Shown here one piece after another: positions 8,330 to 18,594 of a stretch of 64,000 bases of DNA. The DNA is taken from contig CAIKAF010000005.1 in the NCBI GenBank assembly GCA_903825395.1, positions 82,755-146,754 on the forward strand, in the 5' to 3' direction. Every line of letters begins with the position of its first letter. Position 1 is the stretch's first letter. Source of the stretch: an uncultured Flavobacteriales bacterium (GTDB lineage: Bacteria; Bacteroidota; Bacteroidia; CAIKAF01). Both the position numbers and the translations under genes were made by a program. The notes under the pieces were generated by a model. The model had not been told where the DNA came from, ran no database searches, and saw only the letters and a list, made by a program, of their open reading frames with translations.

Positions 8330-10177
8330 TCAATGGGCATGTTCTGCCACTTTTTCCTTTTCAGACAGGGGCTCGTCCTGCGGAACAAAGTCGCGCTCCT
8401 CGCCATTGGGCAAGCTGTAGTCGTAAGGCCAGCGGTGCACAGTGGGAATGTCGCCGGGCCAGTTGCCATGAATGTGCTCAACCGGAGTAGTCCACTCCAA
8501 GGTCGATGCATTCCAAGGATTCTTCGGTGCCTTCGGCCCTTTAAACATGGAATAGAAGAAGTTGAATACAAACACGAACTGCACCAGCCCACCAATGATG
8601 GCGAAGACAGAGATAACTGCGTTTAGATCCGAAAATCCGCTAAAGAATTCGAAGTTCTGATAATACCGGCGCGGTACACCTGCAAGCCCCATGTAATGCA
8701 TAGGGAAGAAAACGCCATAGGCCGAAATCAAGGTCACCCAAAAGTGCAGATAGCCCAACTTCTTGTTCATCATTCGGCCAAACATTTTTGGGAACCAGTG
8801 ATACACTCCGGCAAAGGTGCCGAACATGGAGGCTACACCCATTACAATGTGGAAGTGGGCCACAACGAAATAGGTGTGGTGCAAATTCACATCTAGGGCG
8901 CTGTCGGCCAGAATAATTCCGGTTAAACCGCCTGTGATGAACAGAGATACCACACCGATGGCGAACAACATGCCTGGAGTAAATACAATGTTTCCTTTCC
9001 AAAGCGTTGTGATGTAGTTGAAGGCCTTAATGGCGGAAGGAATGGCGATTAACAGCGTAGTGAAGGTGAACACAGAACCCAAAAGTGGATCCATTCCGGT
9101 TACATACATGTGGTGTCCCCACACAATGAAGGACAAAAAGGCGATGGCCAACATTGAGCCGATCATGGCGCGATAGCCGAAAATCGGTTTACGTGCGTTA
9201 ACTGCCAATACCTCAGATGTAATTCCAAGAGATGGCAATAAGATGATGTACACCTCGGGGTGTCCCAAGAACCAAAACAAGTGCTGGTACAACACCGGGC
9301 TTCCGCCGGTTTGTTCCAATGCCTGACCAGAAACATAAATATCAGACAAATAGAAGCTGGTACCCATGGAACGGTCGAACAACAGAAGCAATCCGGCGCC
9401 CAATAAAACAGGGAAAGAAAGCAGACCTAAGATGGCCGTAATTAAAAAGGCCCACACCGTTAAAGGCATACGGGTCATGGACATGCCTTTGGTGCGAAGG
9501 TTCATCACCGTGGTGATGTAATTTAAGCCTCCCATCAACACAGAAACGATAAACGCGATGATGGAAAATAGCCAAAGCGTCATGCCCAATCCGGAACCGG
9601 GAGAAGCTTCAGGTAAAGCAGAAAGCGGAGGATAAATGGTCCAACCTGCGCTGGCTGGGCCGGTTTCTACGAACAAGGACATCAGCATCAACAAGCTGGA
9701 CAGGAAGAAGAACCAGTACGAAAGCATGTTTAGGAAAGGAGATGCCATGTCGCGGGCTCCAAGCTGCAATGGGATTAGTAGGTTGGAGAAGGTGCCCGAC
9801 AGTCCTGCCGTTAAAACCATAAAAACCAAAATGGTTCCGTGAATGGTAACAGCGGCCAGGTAGAAGTTGGGATCCAAAACTCCGTCGGGAGCCCATTTTC
9901 CAAGGAAAGTTTCCAGGATGGGCATGGGTTGACCGGGCCAGCCCAGTTGCAAACGGAAAAAGATGGACAGCATCATGCCTACCAGACCCATAAACATTCC
10001 TGTAATCAGGAACTGTTTAGCAATCATTTTGTGATCCTGGCTAAAAATGTACTTCGTAATGAAGGATTCTTTGTGGTGATGACCGTGGTCGTCATGCCCA
10101 TGGTGGTGTGCATGCGACTCGTGCACATCATGACCTACGTGTCCTTCTACTGCCGGATTGTTGGTGATCTCGCTCAT
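8330..10177 (-). CDS. ctaD: Cytochrome c oxidase subunit I (A1 type)
   Basis: WFLGHPEVY, VWGHHM, AHFH and GVPRRY motifs; His-rich N-terminus. Confidence 0.97.
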   Translation of the reverse strand: MSEITNNPAVEGHVGHDVHESHAHHHGHDDHGHHHKESFITKYIFSQDHKMIAKQFLITGMFMGLVGMMLSIFFRLQLGWPGQPMPILETFLGKWAPDGVLDPNFYLAAVTIHGTILVFMVLTAGLSGTFSNLLIPLQLGARDMASPFLNMLSYWFFFLSSLLMLMSLFVETGPASAGWTIYPPLSALPEASPGSGLGMTLWLFSIIAFIVSVLMGGLNYITTVMNLRTKGMSMTRMPLTVWAFLITAILGLLSFPVLLGAGLLLLFDRSMGTSFYLSDIYVSGQALEQTGGSPVLYQHLFWFLGHPEVYIILLPSLGITSEVLAVNARKPIFGYRAMIGSMLAIAFLSFIVWGHHMYVTGMDPLLGSVFTFTTLLIAIPSAIKAFNYITTLWKGNIVFTPGMLFAIGVVSLFITGGLTGIILADSALDVNLHHTYFVVAHFHIVMGVASMFGTFAGVYHWFPKMFGRMMNKKLGYLHFWVTLISAYGVFFPMHYMGLAGVPRRYYQNFEFFSGFSDLNAVISVFAIIGGLVQFVFVFNFFYSMFKGPKAPKNPWNASTLEWTTPVEHIHGNWPGDIPTVHRWPYDYSLPNGEERDFVPQDEPLSEKEKVAEHAH

Positions 10178-10196
10178 AATTTATGGTATCGAGTTA

Positions 10197-11411
10197 TCAA
10201 TTGTTGTTGACGAAATTTGTTTTTAGGCCCAATTGGGCAAGGCGGGTTTTCGTTTCTTCTGCAAAGGTTTTTTTCGATGCCAGCCATGCTGCATACTCCT
10301 TTTCAGAAACCACTCGAACAGGAAGCATCATATTGAAGTGGGTAGCTCCGCAGATGTTGTTGCAATACAGACGGTATTCAAAATCTGGGTCGTTCAATTT
10401 GGCCTTCATTTCCTTGGTGGTTGTAATGGGCTTAAAGGCGAAGTAGGTTTCAGACCCGGGCACGCAATACATATGTACCCTGAAGTGGGGCAAATAGGCG
10501 CTGTGAATCACGTCTTGAGAGCGCATGTGCAATTTTACCGGGCGGTTTACGGGAATAATGATGGTGTCGCGAACTAAGACGTCGTCGTGACTTGCGGCAT
10601 AGGTTTCGGAGCCCGATTTAAAGGCATAATCAAAGGCTACCACCGTACGGATTTGGTGAATCAATCTGCGCAATCTGGTTTTTTCCTGATCTAACTTTTC
10701 GGCAGGCAGGAATCCATTGGTTACTGTAGAATCTGCCAGCAAAGAATCAGCACGGACAATGCTAAGTTGTTCTGAAATGGCATCGGCCGAAATCAAACCC
10801 AGAATGTTGCCTTGATTGATCATGGTATAGCTGGCTTTGCCAAGATTGTTATCGGCTCCAGAATACCGGGCGGTCCAATCGAACTGACGGGCATACAATT
10901 CAAGATTCAGCGTATTCTTGTCGGGATCTGGATTGGTGGTGTGGTTCCATACAATGAGACCTTTCAAAACCAATACAGCCATTACAATGGCGGGGATTAC
11001 CGTCCAAATCATTTCCAGTTTATCGTTGTGCGCATAGTGGGTAGCGCGGCGGTTTTTGTTGTAGCGGTATTTGTACGCAAACCACATCAATAAAATCTGG
11101 GTGATAAAAAAAGCCAGTGTAATGACATAAAAGTTCAGATTCAACAGGCTATCTACTTCAACCCCATGCTCAGAAGCAGCTCCGGGAATGTACTTTTCAT
11201 TGTAGTAAGTAGCGGTCAAATAGAAAAACATGGAAAACAGACCAACCAAGGAGACCAAGGTAAGTAAGGCATTCATGTTGTTTTCAGAATCAGAGATTTC
11301 ATGAGCCTTTTTTCCCCGCAATTCAGCGGCGAATTGAAAGACCATCAGCAATCTGGCCGAAGTAACAATGGCCAAAAGTACAACCGCAAGTAAAATCAGG
11401 TTCAAAAGCAT
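10197..11411 (-). CDS. ctaC: Cytochrome c oxidase subunit II
   Basis: LEMIWTVIP, DVIHS and CuA motif CNNICGATHFNM. Confidence 0.95.
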   Translation of the reverse strand: MLLNLILLAVVLLAIVTSARLLMVFQFAAELRGKKAHEISDSENNMNALLTLVSLVGLFSMFFYLTATYYNEKYIPGAASEHGVEVDSLLNLNFYVITLAFFITQILLMWFAYKYRYNKNRRATHYAHNDKLEMIWTVIPAIVMAVLVLKGLIVWNHTTNPDPDKNTLNLELYARQFDWTARYSGADNNLGKASYTMINQGNILGLISADAISEQLSIVRADSLLADSTVTNGFLPAEKLDQEKTRLRRLIHQIRTVVAFDYAFKSGSETYAASHDDVLVRDTIIIPVNRPVKLHMRSQDVIHSAYLPHFRVHMYCVPGSETYFAFKPITTTKEMKAKLNDPDFEYRLYCNNICGATHFNMMLPVRVVSEKEYAAWLASKKTFAEETKTRLAQLGLKTNFVNNN

Positions 11412-11454
11412 GGTTGATCAGTTATAGTAGTAACAGAATTCGGTAGCAGTAGGT

Positions 11455-12630
11455 TTAAATGTGGTGTTGTTTACTTTCGTTCAGGAAGGGGTGGTGCTTG
11501 GGGACAAGCGCCGCCTTGCCTAAAGCGCGGAAGGTAGCCAACAAAAAGATAGCCATAAAACCAATCATGGCTAGAACAGATAAAATGCTTACGGGCACAT
11601 ATTTAGCCATGGCACCGGGCATAATAATTTGGTACATATCAATAAAGTGGCCCAACAGTACCACGATTCCGGCCACAAAAGCAAGAGTGTAGTTGCGTTT
11701 TGCGTCGCGGTGCATCAATACAATCAATGGGAAGGCGAAGTTGATGGCCAGCATCAATACCATCCATGGCTGATATCCCGTGCTAAAGCGCTCTAAGAAA
11801 TAATTAATCTCTTCAGGAATGTTGGAGTACCAAATCAACATGTACTGTGAAAACCACAAATAGGTCCAAAAAATGCTGAAGGCAAACATCATTTTGGCTA
11901 AATCGTGAATGTGGCTTTGGTTTAGGTGTGGCATATAGCCGTTTTTCTTCAACCACAGCACCAACAGCAACATGGTGGTTAAGGCCGATACGAAGAAACC
12001 GGCGAAAATATACCATCCGTACAGGGTGCTAAACCAGTGAAAATCTAACGACATCAACCAATCCCATGAAGAGGTAGACGAGGTCACCGCAAAGAACACC
12101 AAGAAACCAGCCGACCACTTGTATGCTGTTTTGTGGCTGGACATGCCTCCTTCGAGGTCTTCTTTTAGCGACAGGGCTCTTAATTTATTGGCAAAAAAGA
12201 TCCAGCCCCCCAAGTAAACCAAGGTTCGGATTAGCCAAAACTCATTTTGAAGCCATACCTTTTTCCCTGAGGTATTGTAAATAACGTCGTTGGCTTGCAC
12301 TTCTGGGTCTAGCCAATGCCACAGGTGGTGGATATGAAAATATCCGCCCAATACCACCAACAGCAAAATGGCGCTACCAATGGGAAGATATTGGCCCATG
12401 GCTTCGGGCACGCGCTTGAAGCCAACATGCCAACCGCCTTCGCCCACGTAGTGAACGGCCACGAAAAAGGAGGCCGCCAGCGAAATGGCCGTAAACCAAA
12501 ACGCGTTCAACAACAGGTTTGCCCAACCGTATTGGACATCCATAATAAATGTGCCGACGAGGGAAAGCAATCCAACTGCCGCTGCGGCCATTAGGATGTT
12601 TCGAGTTTTACCGGGCAATGAAAAGTTCAT
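11455..12630 (-). CDS. actF: Alternative complex III membrane subunit F
   Basis: About 10 TM helices; DWLMSLDFHWFST and FSQYMLIWYSNIPEE; operon position. Confidence 0.9.
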   Translation of the reverse strand: MNFSLPGKTRNILMAAAAVGLLSLVGTFIMDVQYGWANLLLNAFWFTAISLAASFFVAVHYVGEGGWHVGFKRVPEAMGQYLPIGSAILLLVVLGGYFHIHHLWHWLDPEVQANDVIYNTSGKKVWLQNEFWLIRTLVYLGGWIFFANKLRALSLKEDLEGGMSSHKTAYKWSAGFLVFFAVTSSTSSWDWLMSLDFHWFSTLYGWYIFAGFFVSALTTMLLLVLWLKKNGYMPHLNQSHIHDLAKMMFAFSIFWTYLWFSQYMLIWYSNIPEEINYFLERFSTGYQPWMVLMLAINFAFPLIVLMHRDAKRNYTLAFVAGIVVLLGHFIDMYQIIMPGAMAKYVPVSILSVLAMIGFMAIFLLATFRALGKAALVPKHHPFLNESKQHHI

Positions 12631-12658
12631 ACGCGTAGCTTCTAATCGGTTATCTATA

Positions 12659-13315
12659 TTATTTACTAGCTGTAGTATCGGCAGCGGTAGCAGTGCTATC
12701 GGAACCGCCTACAGGATTTTGTAGAGTTTGAACAAAACGGGTTATTTGCCAGCGTTCTACGGCCGACAACTGAGAGGCATAGCTCCCCATATTGCCCTTA
12801 CCAAAGTGCATGGCATAAAAAATCTGACCTTCAGAAATGCCTTTAAGCTGATCGCTGCTGTAGGCAGGCGGCTGAAGCCCATAGTTGTCCTTCGCCAACA
12901 ATACCTTTACCACTGGTCCGTCTCCTTTTCCTTCTTTGCCATGGCAAGCGATGCAGTACACATTGTACAAGCGCTTTCCTTCGTCTAAGTGGTACGCAGA
13001 TTGGCCCAGAGGATTTTTAAGTTCTGCGATGGCCTTCTCTCTGCCTTCCGGGCTATTGGCATAGGGAAAGGAACTAAAATTAATCATCCCCAACGAATCA
13101 TGAGATTGAGCTACTGTTCCGTCTACCGGGGGTTGATTGGTTTTCCCGTCCGCGTAGTTAGGATTGGCTTCGCCTGGACGGTAAGCAATGCTGTAATACA
13201 TGTCGGGCATGTATTCATAACCGGGACTGTTGGGATCGGTTTGAATGCAAGAAAACAGACCGGTTGCCGTAAAGGCCAGCACAAAAGCATAAGAAAAGCG
13301 TAAGTTCCGTTTCAT
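12659..13315 (-). CDS. actE: Alternative complex III monoheme cytochrome c lipoprotein
   Basis: LFSC lipobox, YMPDM, one CIACH, GKGNMGSY. Confidence 0.9.
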   Translation of the reverse strand: MKRNLRFSYAFVLAFTATGLFSCIQTDPNSPGYEYMPDMYYSIAYRPGEANPNYADGKTNQPPVDGTVAQSHDSLGMINFSSFPYANSPEGREKAIAELKNPLGQSAYHLDEGKRLYNVYCIACHGKEGKGDGPVVKVLLAKDNYGLQPPAYSSDQLKGISEGQIFYAMHFGKGNMGSYASQLSAVERWQITRFVQTLQNPVGGSDSTATAADTTASK

Positions 13316-13327
13316 AAGTTCCGGTAA

Positions 13328-13876
13328 TTATTGGTCTTCGTAACGAAGCACATCGTCAGAGCACTCAATGGCTCCATGGTTCATTAAATCGGATTTCAAG
13401 TCGTTCAGCGAGGTGCCGGGATTGTCATCGCCCACAATTTCAACCACGAACAAATCATTGGTCGATCTAGGCTCTGGATTCTTCGCAGGCATACCTGGGA
13501 ACAACCGAGTGGCAAAGAAAAACGTAGCAATCATGCCATGAGCGGCAATCAATACCGTAATTTCAAACCCTACGGGCACGAAGGCGGGCAAATTGGTCAG
13601 CAAGGAAAAGCTGGGCTTGCCGCCAATGTCCATTGGCCAGTCCTGAACGTTCATATACCACATCATCAACAAGGCCAAGGTCGTTCCTGTAGCACCATAA
13701 AAGAAGGCCGCCGTTGAAATTCGGGTTTTAGGAACACTCAACACTCCATCAATGCCGTGAACGGGAAAGGGAGAGTAAACCTCGCGTACTTTAATGCCCT
13801 TCTTCACCAAGTGCTCGCAGGCATGCAAACACTCGTCCGGGTCAGTAAATTTGGCTAATAACGTTGCTTTGCTCAT
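13328..13876 (-). CDS. actD: Alternative complex III subunit D (DUF3341)
   Basis: YSPFPVHG, DWPMDIGGKP and FEITVL motifs. Confidence 0.9.
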   Translation of the reverse strand: MSKATLLAKFTDPDECLHACEHLVKKGIKVREVYSPFPVHGIDGVLSVPKTRISTAAFFYGATGTTLALLMMWYMNVQDWPMDIGGKPSFSLLTNLPAFVPVGFEITVLIAAHGMIATFFFATRLFPGMPAKNPEPRSTNDLFVVEIVGDDNPGTSLNDLKSDLMNHGAIECSDDVLRYEDQ

Positions 13877-13899
13877 AGCGTTTTTCTATTCAATGCAAA

Positions 13900-15312
13900 T
13901 TAATGATGGCTGCCATGGTCACCCACTTCAGCGTATTTACTTTCAGTTTTGCGCTTCCATCCGTCGCCTGAAATTTTCAAGATGGACTTGGTTTCGGCAA
14001 TCGCAATCACGGGGAAGGTGCGTGAAAACAGAAGAAACAAAGTAAAGAAGATGCCCAAAGTTCCGATGAAAATTCCTATGTCAACCCAAGTAGGATAAAA
14101 CATAGTCCAGGAAGAGGGCAAATAATCTCGGTGTAGAGAGGTAACAATGATGACAAAGCGCTCAAACCACATACCAATATTCACCACGATGGAAAGTAAA
14201 AACGTAGCAACCAAACTGCGGCGAATGCCACGGAACCAGAACAACTGCGGACTAATTACATTGCAGCTCATCATAATCCAATACGCCCAAGCATACGGAC
14301 CTGTAGCCCTGTTTAAGAAGGCATAGTGTTCGTATTGCACCCCAGAATACCAAGCAATAACCAATTCGGTAATGTAAGCTACACCTACAATCGAACCTGT
14401 AACCACAATAATCTTATTCATAGATTCCAGGTGGTTTACCGTGATGTACTCTTGCAAATTCAATACTTGACGCATGATTAACAACAGCGTTGCCACCATG
14501 GCAAATCCTGAGAAAATCGCTCCGGCCACAAAATAAGGAGGGAAAATGGTGGTGTGCCAGCCCGGAATGACCGATGTGGCAAAGTCAAACGATACAATGG
14601 TGTGTACAGAAAGTACTAGAGGAGTAGATAAACCGGCCAAGACCAAAGAAACCTCTTCAAAGCGTTGCCAGCTCTTTGTGGTACCCGACCATCCGAAAGA
14701 CACAATGTTGTATATCTTTTTCATGAAAGGAATAACCTGCCGATCGCGTACTGTAGCGAAATCGGGGATCAAACCTACATACCAAAAGCCCAAGGAAACA
14801 GAAAAATAGGTCGAAATGGCAAACAAGTCCCAAAGCAGTGGAGAATTAAAATTCACCCACAAGGAACCGAATTGGTTGGGGACGGGAAAAAACCAATACA
14901 CCACCCAAACCCGACCCACGTGGATTCCGGGGAACATGGCTGCACAAATTACCGCGAAAATGGTCATCGCTTCCGCTGAACGGTTGATGGCCATGCGCCA
15001 CTTCTGACGGAACAACAGCAAAATGGCTGAAATCAAGGTGCCGGCGTGACCAATACCAACCCACCAAACGAAATTGGTGATGTCCCAGGCCCAACCTACC
15101 GTTTTATTCAAACCCCAAACACCGATTCCGGTGCCAAAGGTATAGGCAATCAAGCCCAAACCCCACAGGGCGCACAGGGCAGCAATGGTAAACACCAAGT
15201 ACCACATTTTGTTGGCACGTCCTTCAATGGGACGTACAATTTCATCGGTAATCTGAGCGTAGGTTTTATCGCCCAGAATAAGCGGCTGACGTATCGGTGA
15301 TTCGATGAGCAT
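13900..15312 (-). CDS. actC: Alternative complex III quinol-oxidising NrfD/PsrC subunit C
   Basis: WDITNFVWWVGIGHAGT, NFNSPLLWD and GMWFERF motifs. Confidence 0.95.
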   Translation of the reverse strand: MLIESPIRQPLILGDKTYAQITDEIVRPIEGRANKMWYLVFTIAALCALWGLGLIAYTFGTGIGVWGLNKTVGWAWDITNFVWWVGIGHAGTLISAILLLFRQKWRMAINRSAEAMTIFAVICAAMFPGIHVGRVWVVYWFFPVPNQFGSLWVNFNSPLLWDLFAISTYFSVSLGFWYVGLIPDFATVRDRQVIPFMKKIYNIVSFGWSGTTKSWQRFEEVSLVLAGLSTPLVLSVHTIVSFDFATSVIPGWHTTIFPPYFVAGAIFSGFAMVATLLLIMRQVLNLQEYITVNHLESMNKIIVVTGSIVGVAYITELVIAWYSGVQYEHYAFLNRATGPYAWAYWIMMSCNVISPQLFWFRGIRRSLVATFLLSIVVNIGMWFERFVIIVTSLHRDYLPSSWTMFYPTWVDIGIFIGTLGIFFTLFLLFSRTFPVIAIAETKSILKISGDGWKRKTESKYAEVGDHGSHH

Positions 15313-15332
15313 ATCCGGTTGGATTGAGTAAA

Positions 15333-18300
15333 TTAATGAGATTGATGTTCACTGTGAGTTGCCTTTTCAGGGCCTTCGTGTGCATGCGCATCAGAAGCAT
15401 GATCATCGCTATGCTCGGCACCATGATGTGCTGAAACGGTGTGTCCGTAAGCTTCTTCCACATTGCGCACCTTGGTTTGGTACACGATGTTGGGTTTAAC
15501 TCCAACTTCTTCCAGCAAATAGTACGAACGACCATGTTCGGCCAAGGCGGTTAACTTGCCTTTTTCATCGTTGAAGTCACCAAACACAATGGCATTGGTG
15601 GGGCAAGCTTCGGCACAAGCCGTTTGAATTTCGCCATCGGCAACCATACGGCCTTCAGATTTAGCGCTGAGTTTGCCCGCCTGAATGCGTTGAACGCACA
15701 AAGAGCATTTTTCCATCACCCCACGAGCCCGTACCGTTACATCTGGATTCAACACCATTTTACCCAAATCGTCGTTCATAAAGTAATCGAACTTCTGATT
15801 GTCGTGGTAGCTGAACCAGTTAAAGCGACGAACCTTGTATGGACAGTTGTTGGCGCAGTAGCGGGTTCCAACACAGCGGTTGTAAGTCATTTGGTTTAGG
15901 CCTTCCGTACTGTGGGTCGTAGCCAAGACCGGACAAACTGTTTCACAAGGAGCATGGTTGCAATGTTGACACATTACCGGTTGGAAAGCCACCCGGGGAT
16001 TTGCCGAAGGAATCTCCTTCGCCCGGTGGTTCTTATTGCCCCGCTCATACCGGGTTGAAGGATCGGCATCGGAAGTGTAATACCGGTCAATGCGCAACCA
16101 ATGCATATCGCGCGAGCGGCGAATTTCATCTTTGCCCACTACGGGCACGTTGTTTTCTACATGACACGAAACCACACAAGCTCCACAACCCGTGCAAGAG
16201 TTCAAATCAATGGACATCCCCCAACGGTGGTTGATCATTTTAAACTCACGCCAGTAGTCCACTTTGCTGATCGGAGCTTCGTGTTCTCCGGCAGGAATCA
16301 ATTCCGCCACATTGGTATGCTGCATTTTTGGCGCATTGCCCGATTTAGCATTGGCCTTAAACTCGGTTAACGAAGTTTCCTTGATAATGTCTCGGCCCAT
16401 CATCGTATGATGCGTCTGAGTACCGGCTAAGGCATAGCTCAAATCGGTTTTCTCGATTTTGGCGCCGTAGTTAATCGGACTAAGCGTCCCGTTCTGAGTG
16501 TTCATGAATGGGAAGGCATTCACACCCAGGGTAGATTGCTCGGCACGGCCGAACAGGCGACCATATCCCAAGGCAACCCCTACAGTTCCGGGGGCCTGAC
16601 CGGGTTGGGCCAGTACCGGAAGGTTCATTTTTTGATTTCCGATGCTGAGGCTAACCACATTTGCTTTTTGTTCCTGCCCCATCATTTTATTCAAGCCAAG
16701 CTCATCCATATCGAAAGGGGCCATGGTAATGTAGTTGTCCCAGGTTACACGAGAAATGGGATCGGGTAATTCTTGCAGAATTGGATTGTTGGCGTGATTG
16801 CCCCAACCCATACCGACTTTCTCGTATAGAACAACTTCAACCCCTTGGGTCGGCTTTGAAGACAAGGCCGAAGCTGCGGCAGATGCCGTCATGCCTCCCT
16901 CAGGAGAAGGTGTGGTTGCTACTGCATCAACAGAGGGTGCAGCCTGCCAGCAGCCTTCGTATAAGAAACTGTCCCAAGATTTACCCAATGGATTAAACAC
17001 ATTCACCCAACGGGCCTTCATAAATTCTCGGTAGGCCGTATTGTTCTTGTCGGAACGTTGAGCTTGTCCGGCCCAAACCAACAAGGTTTCTTGTGCCTGA
17101 CGTGTATCAAACAACGGATGAATGGTAGGCTGTTGAATGCTGAAATGCCCACTAACGGCTTCAAAATCATTCCAACTTTCCAAATAATGGTGGTCGGGAA
17201 GCAGATATTGCGCCGGACTTTCTTCAGCACGGTCAGCGAACGACACCGAAAGCTTCAATCCCGCCATGGCCTGATTAAAGGCTTGGGCATTGGGAAGCGA
17301 ATACCCCGGATTCACACCATACAGAATCAGTCCTTGAACTTCGCCTGCGGTCATGCGGTCGGTTAGTTTCAAAACGGCAGCATCGTCGCCGGCAAACATA
17401 TTCAATGTGGTGTTCAGGCTCAAGGTCGTGCCATAATTACCCAACATTTGATTGATTCTGGCCACCAGGTATTGAGCATGCACATCATTCAATCCGCATA
17501 CCACTAAACCGTTACCCTTATTTGCCAGAGCATGTTTTGCTGCTCGGGCAATGTCTTTAGCGAAAGAAACTTCTCCTCCGGCCACCTTGGCATTGCCGGT
17601 GGCTCCTGCCACGGCATTGTACAAGGCCACCACAGCAGCGCCCTGTTCAGAAGCCTTAATCATGCTTCTGTAATCGGCGTTTGACCCGGCCAACGACATC
17701 ACCGTTTCAAACTGAAAATGCCGAGACATGTGGGGATTTTCGGGTGAGCGCGATTCGGCGTAACCGCTTTCATACGAACAGCTGTTCAGCCAACCGTTTA
17801 AAAAGTCGGCGCCAATGCTGATGATAGAGCGGGCTTTCCCGAAGTCCAAATGAGGAATAACGGCTTTTCCAAAGGCCTGTTGATGAGCCAATCGAATTCC
17901 CTGATACGAAACAGCATCATAGCTGATGTGTTCAACCATAGGATGCGCGGTCAGGAAAGCGTTTACTGCGGCGCGGGTAGAGGGAGACACAATACTTTGA
18001 GTCAACAACACCGCTTTTTTCCCTGCGGCGCCAATCCCCTTAAGGGCATCCATAATTTCCTTGTCTGCGGCTGACCAGCCGATGGACTTTCCGCCCTTCG
18101 TAGCTGTTTTGGCGCGCTTCCCGTCGTACAGACCCAATACCGAGCCTTGAATGCGGGCATTGGTACCACCTCGGCTTACTGCAGAGGCAGGATTCCCTTT
18201 GATTTTAATGGGGCGGCCTTCCCGGGTTTTAACCACAACGGAAGAATAATCCCGACCATCATAATAGGTAGAGGCGTAGTAGTTGGGAACCCCGGGAGTA

Positions 18301-18560
18301 ATGGTTTCGGGTTTCACCAAATACGGAATAGCTTTATTTACAGGAGCTTCGCAAGCGGCAAGCGTCGCTGCCGTTACTCCAAAGCCCAAAAATTTAAGGA
18401 AATCCCGGCGGTTGGTTTGAGAGGAGCCCAAATTGGACTCATTCCCCAAAAACTCTTCCATGGGCAAGTCCTCAACGAATTCTTTTTCGCGGGCGGCCAC
18501 AAAACCGGGCTCATTTTCCAGCTCTTCGTATCCTTTCCAATATTGCTTTTGGTTGCTCAT
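15333..18560 (-). CDS. actB: Alternative complex III subunit B (molybdopterin-oxidoreductase-like domain plus Fe-S domain)
   Basis: Tat motif NRRDFLK with LAAC lipobox; CTGCGACVVSC, CQHCNHAPCETVCP, CVGTRYCANNCP and CSLC cluster motifs. Confidence 0.95.
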   Translation of the reverse strand: MSNQKQYWKGYEELENEPGFVAAREKEFVEDLPMEEFLGNESNLGSSQTNRRDFLKFLGFGVTAATLAACEAPVNKAIPYLVKPETITPGVPNYYASTYYDGRDYSSVVVKTREGRPIKIKGNPASAVSRGGTNARIQGSVLGLYDGKRAKTATKGGKSIGWSAADKEIMDALKGIGAAGKKAVLLTQSIVSPSTRAAVNAFLTAHPMVEHISYDAVSYQGIRLAHQQAFGKAVIPHLDFGKARSIISIGADFLNGWLNSCSYESGYAESRSPENPHMSRHFQFETVMSLAGSNADYRSMIKASEQGAAVVALYNAVAGATGNAKVAGGEVSFAKDIARAAKHALANKGNGLVVCGLNDVHAQYLVARINQMLGNYGTTLSLNTTLNMFAGDDAAVLKLTDRMTAGEVQGLILYGVNPGYSLPNAQAFNQAMAGLKLSVSFADRAEESPAQYLLPDHHYLESWNDFEAVSGHFSIQQPTIHPLFDTRQAQETLLVWAGQAQRSDKNNTAYREFMKARWVNVFNPLGKSWDSFLYEGCWQAAPSVDAVATTPSPEGGMTASAAASALSSKPTQGVEVVLYEKVGMGWGNHANNPILQELPDPISRVTWDNYITMAPFDMDELGLNKMMGQEQKANVVSLSIGNQKMNLPVLAQPGQAPGTVGVALGYGRLFGRAEQSTLGVNAFPFMNTQNGTLSPINYGAKIEKTDLSYALAGTQTHHTMMGRDIIKETSLTEFKANAKSGNAPKMQHTNVAELIPAGEHEAPISKVDYWREFKMINHRWGMSIDLNSCTGCGACVVSCHVENNVPVVGKDEIRRSRDMHWLRIDRYYTSDADPSTRYERGNKNHRAKEIPSANPRVAFQPVMCQHCNHAPCETVCPVLATTHSTEGLNQMTYNRCVGTRYCANNCPYKVRRFNWFSYHDNQKFDYFMNDDLGKMVLNPDVTVRARGVMEKCSLCVQRIQAGKLSAKSEGRMVADGEIQTACAEACPTNAIVFGDFNDEKGKLTALAEHGRSYYLLEEVGVKPNIVYQTKVRNVEEAYGHTVSAHHGAEHSDDHASDAHAHEGPEKATHSEHQSH

Positions 18561-18594
18561 AATGCGAGGTCAAACGATTTATTAAGAAACAGGA

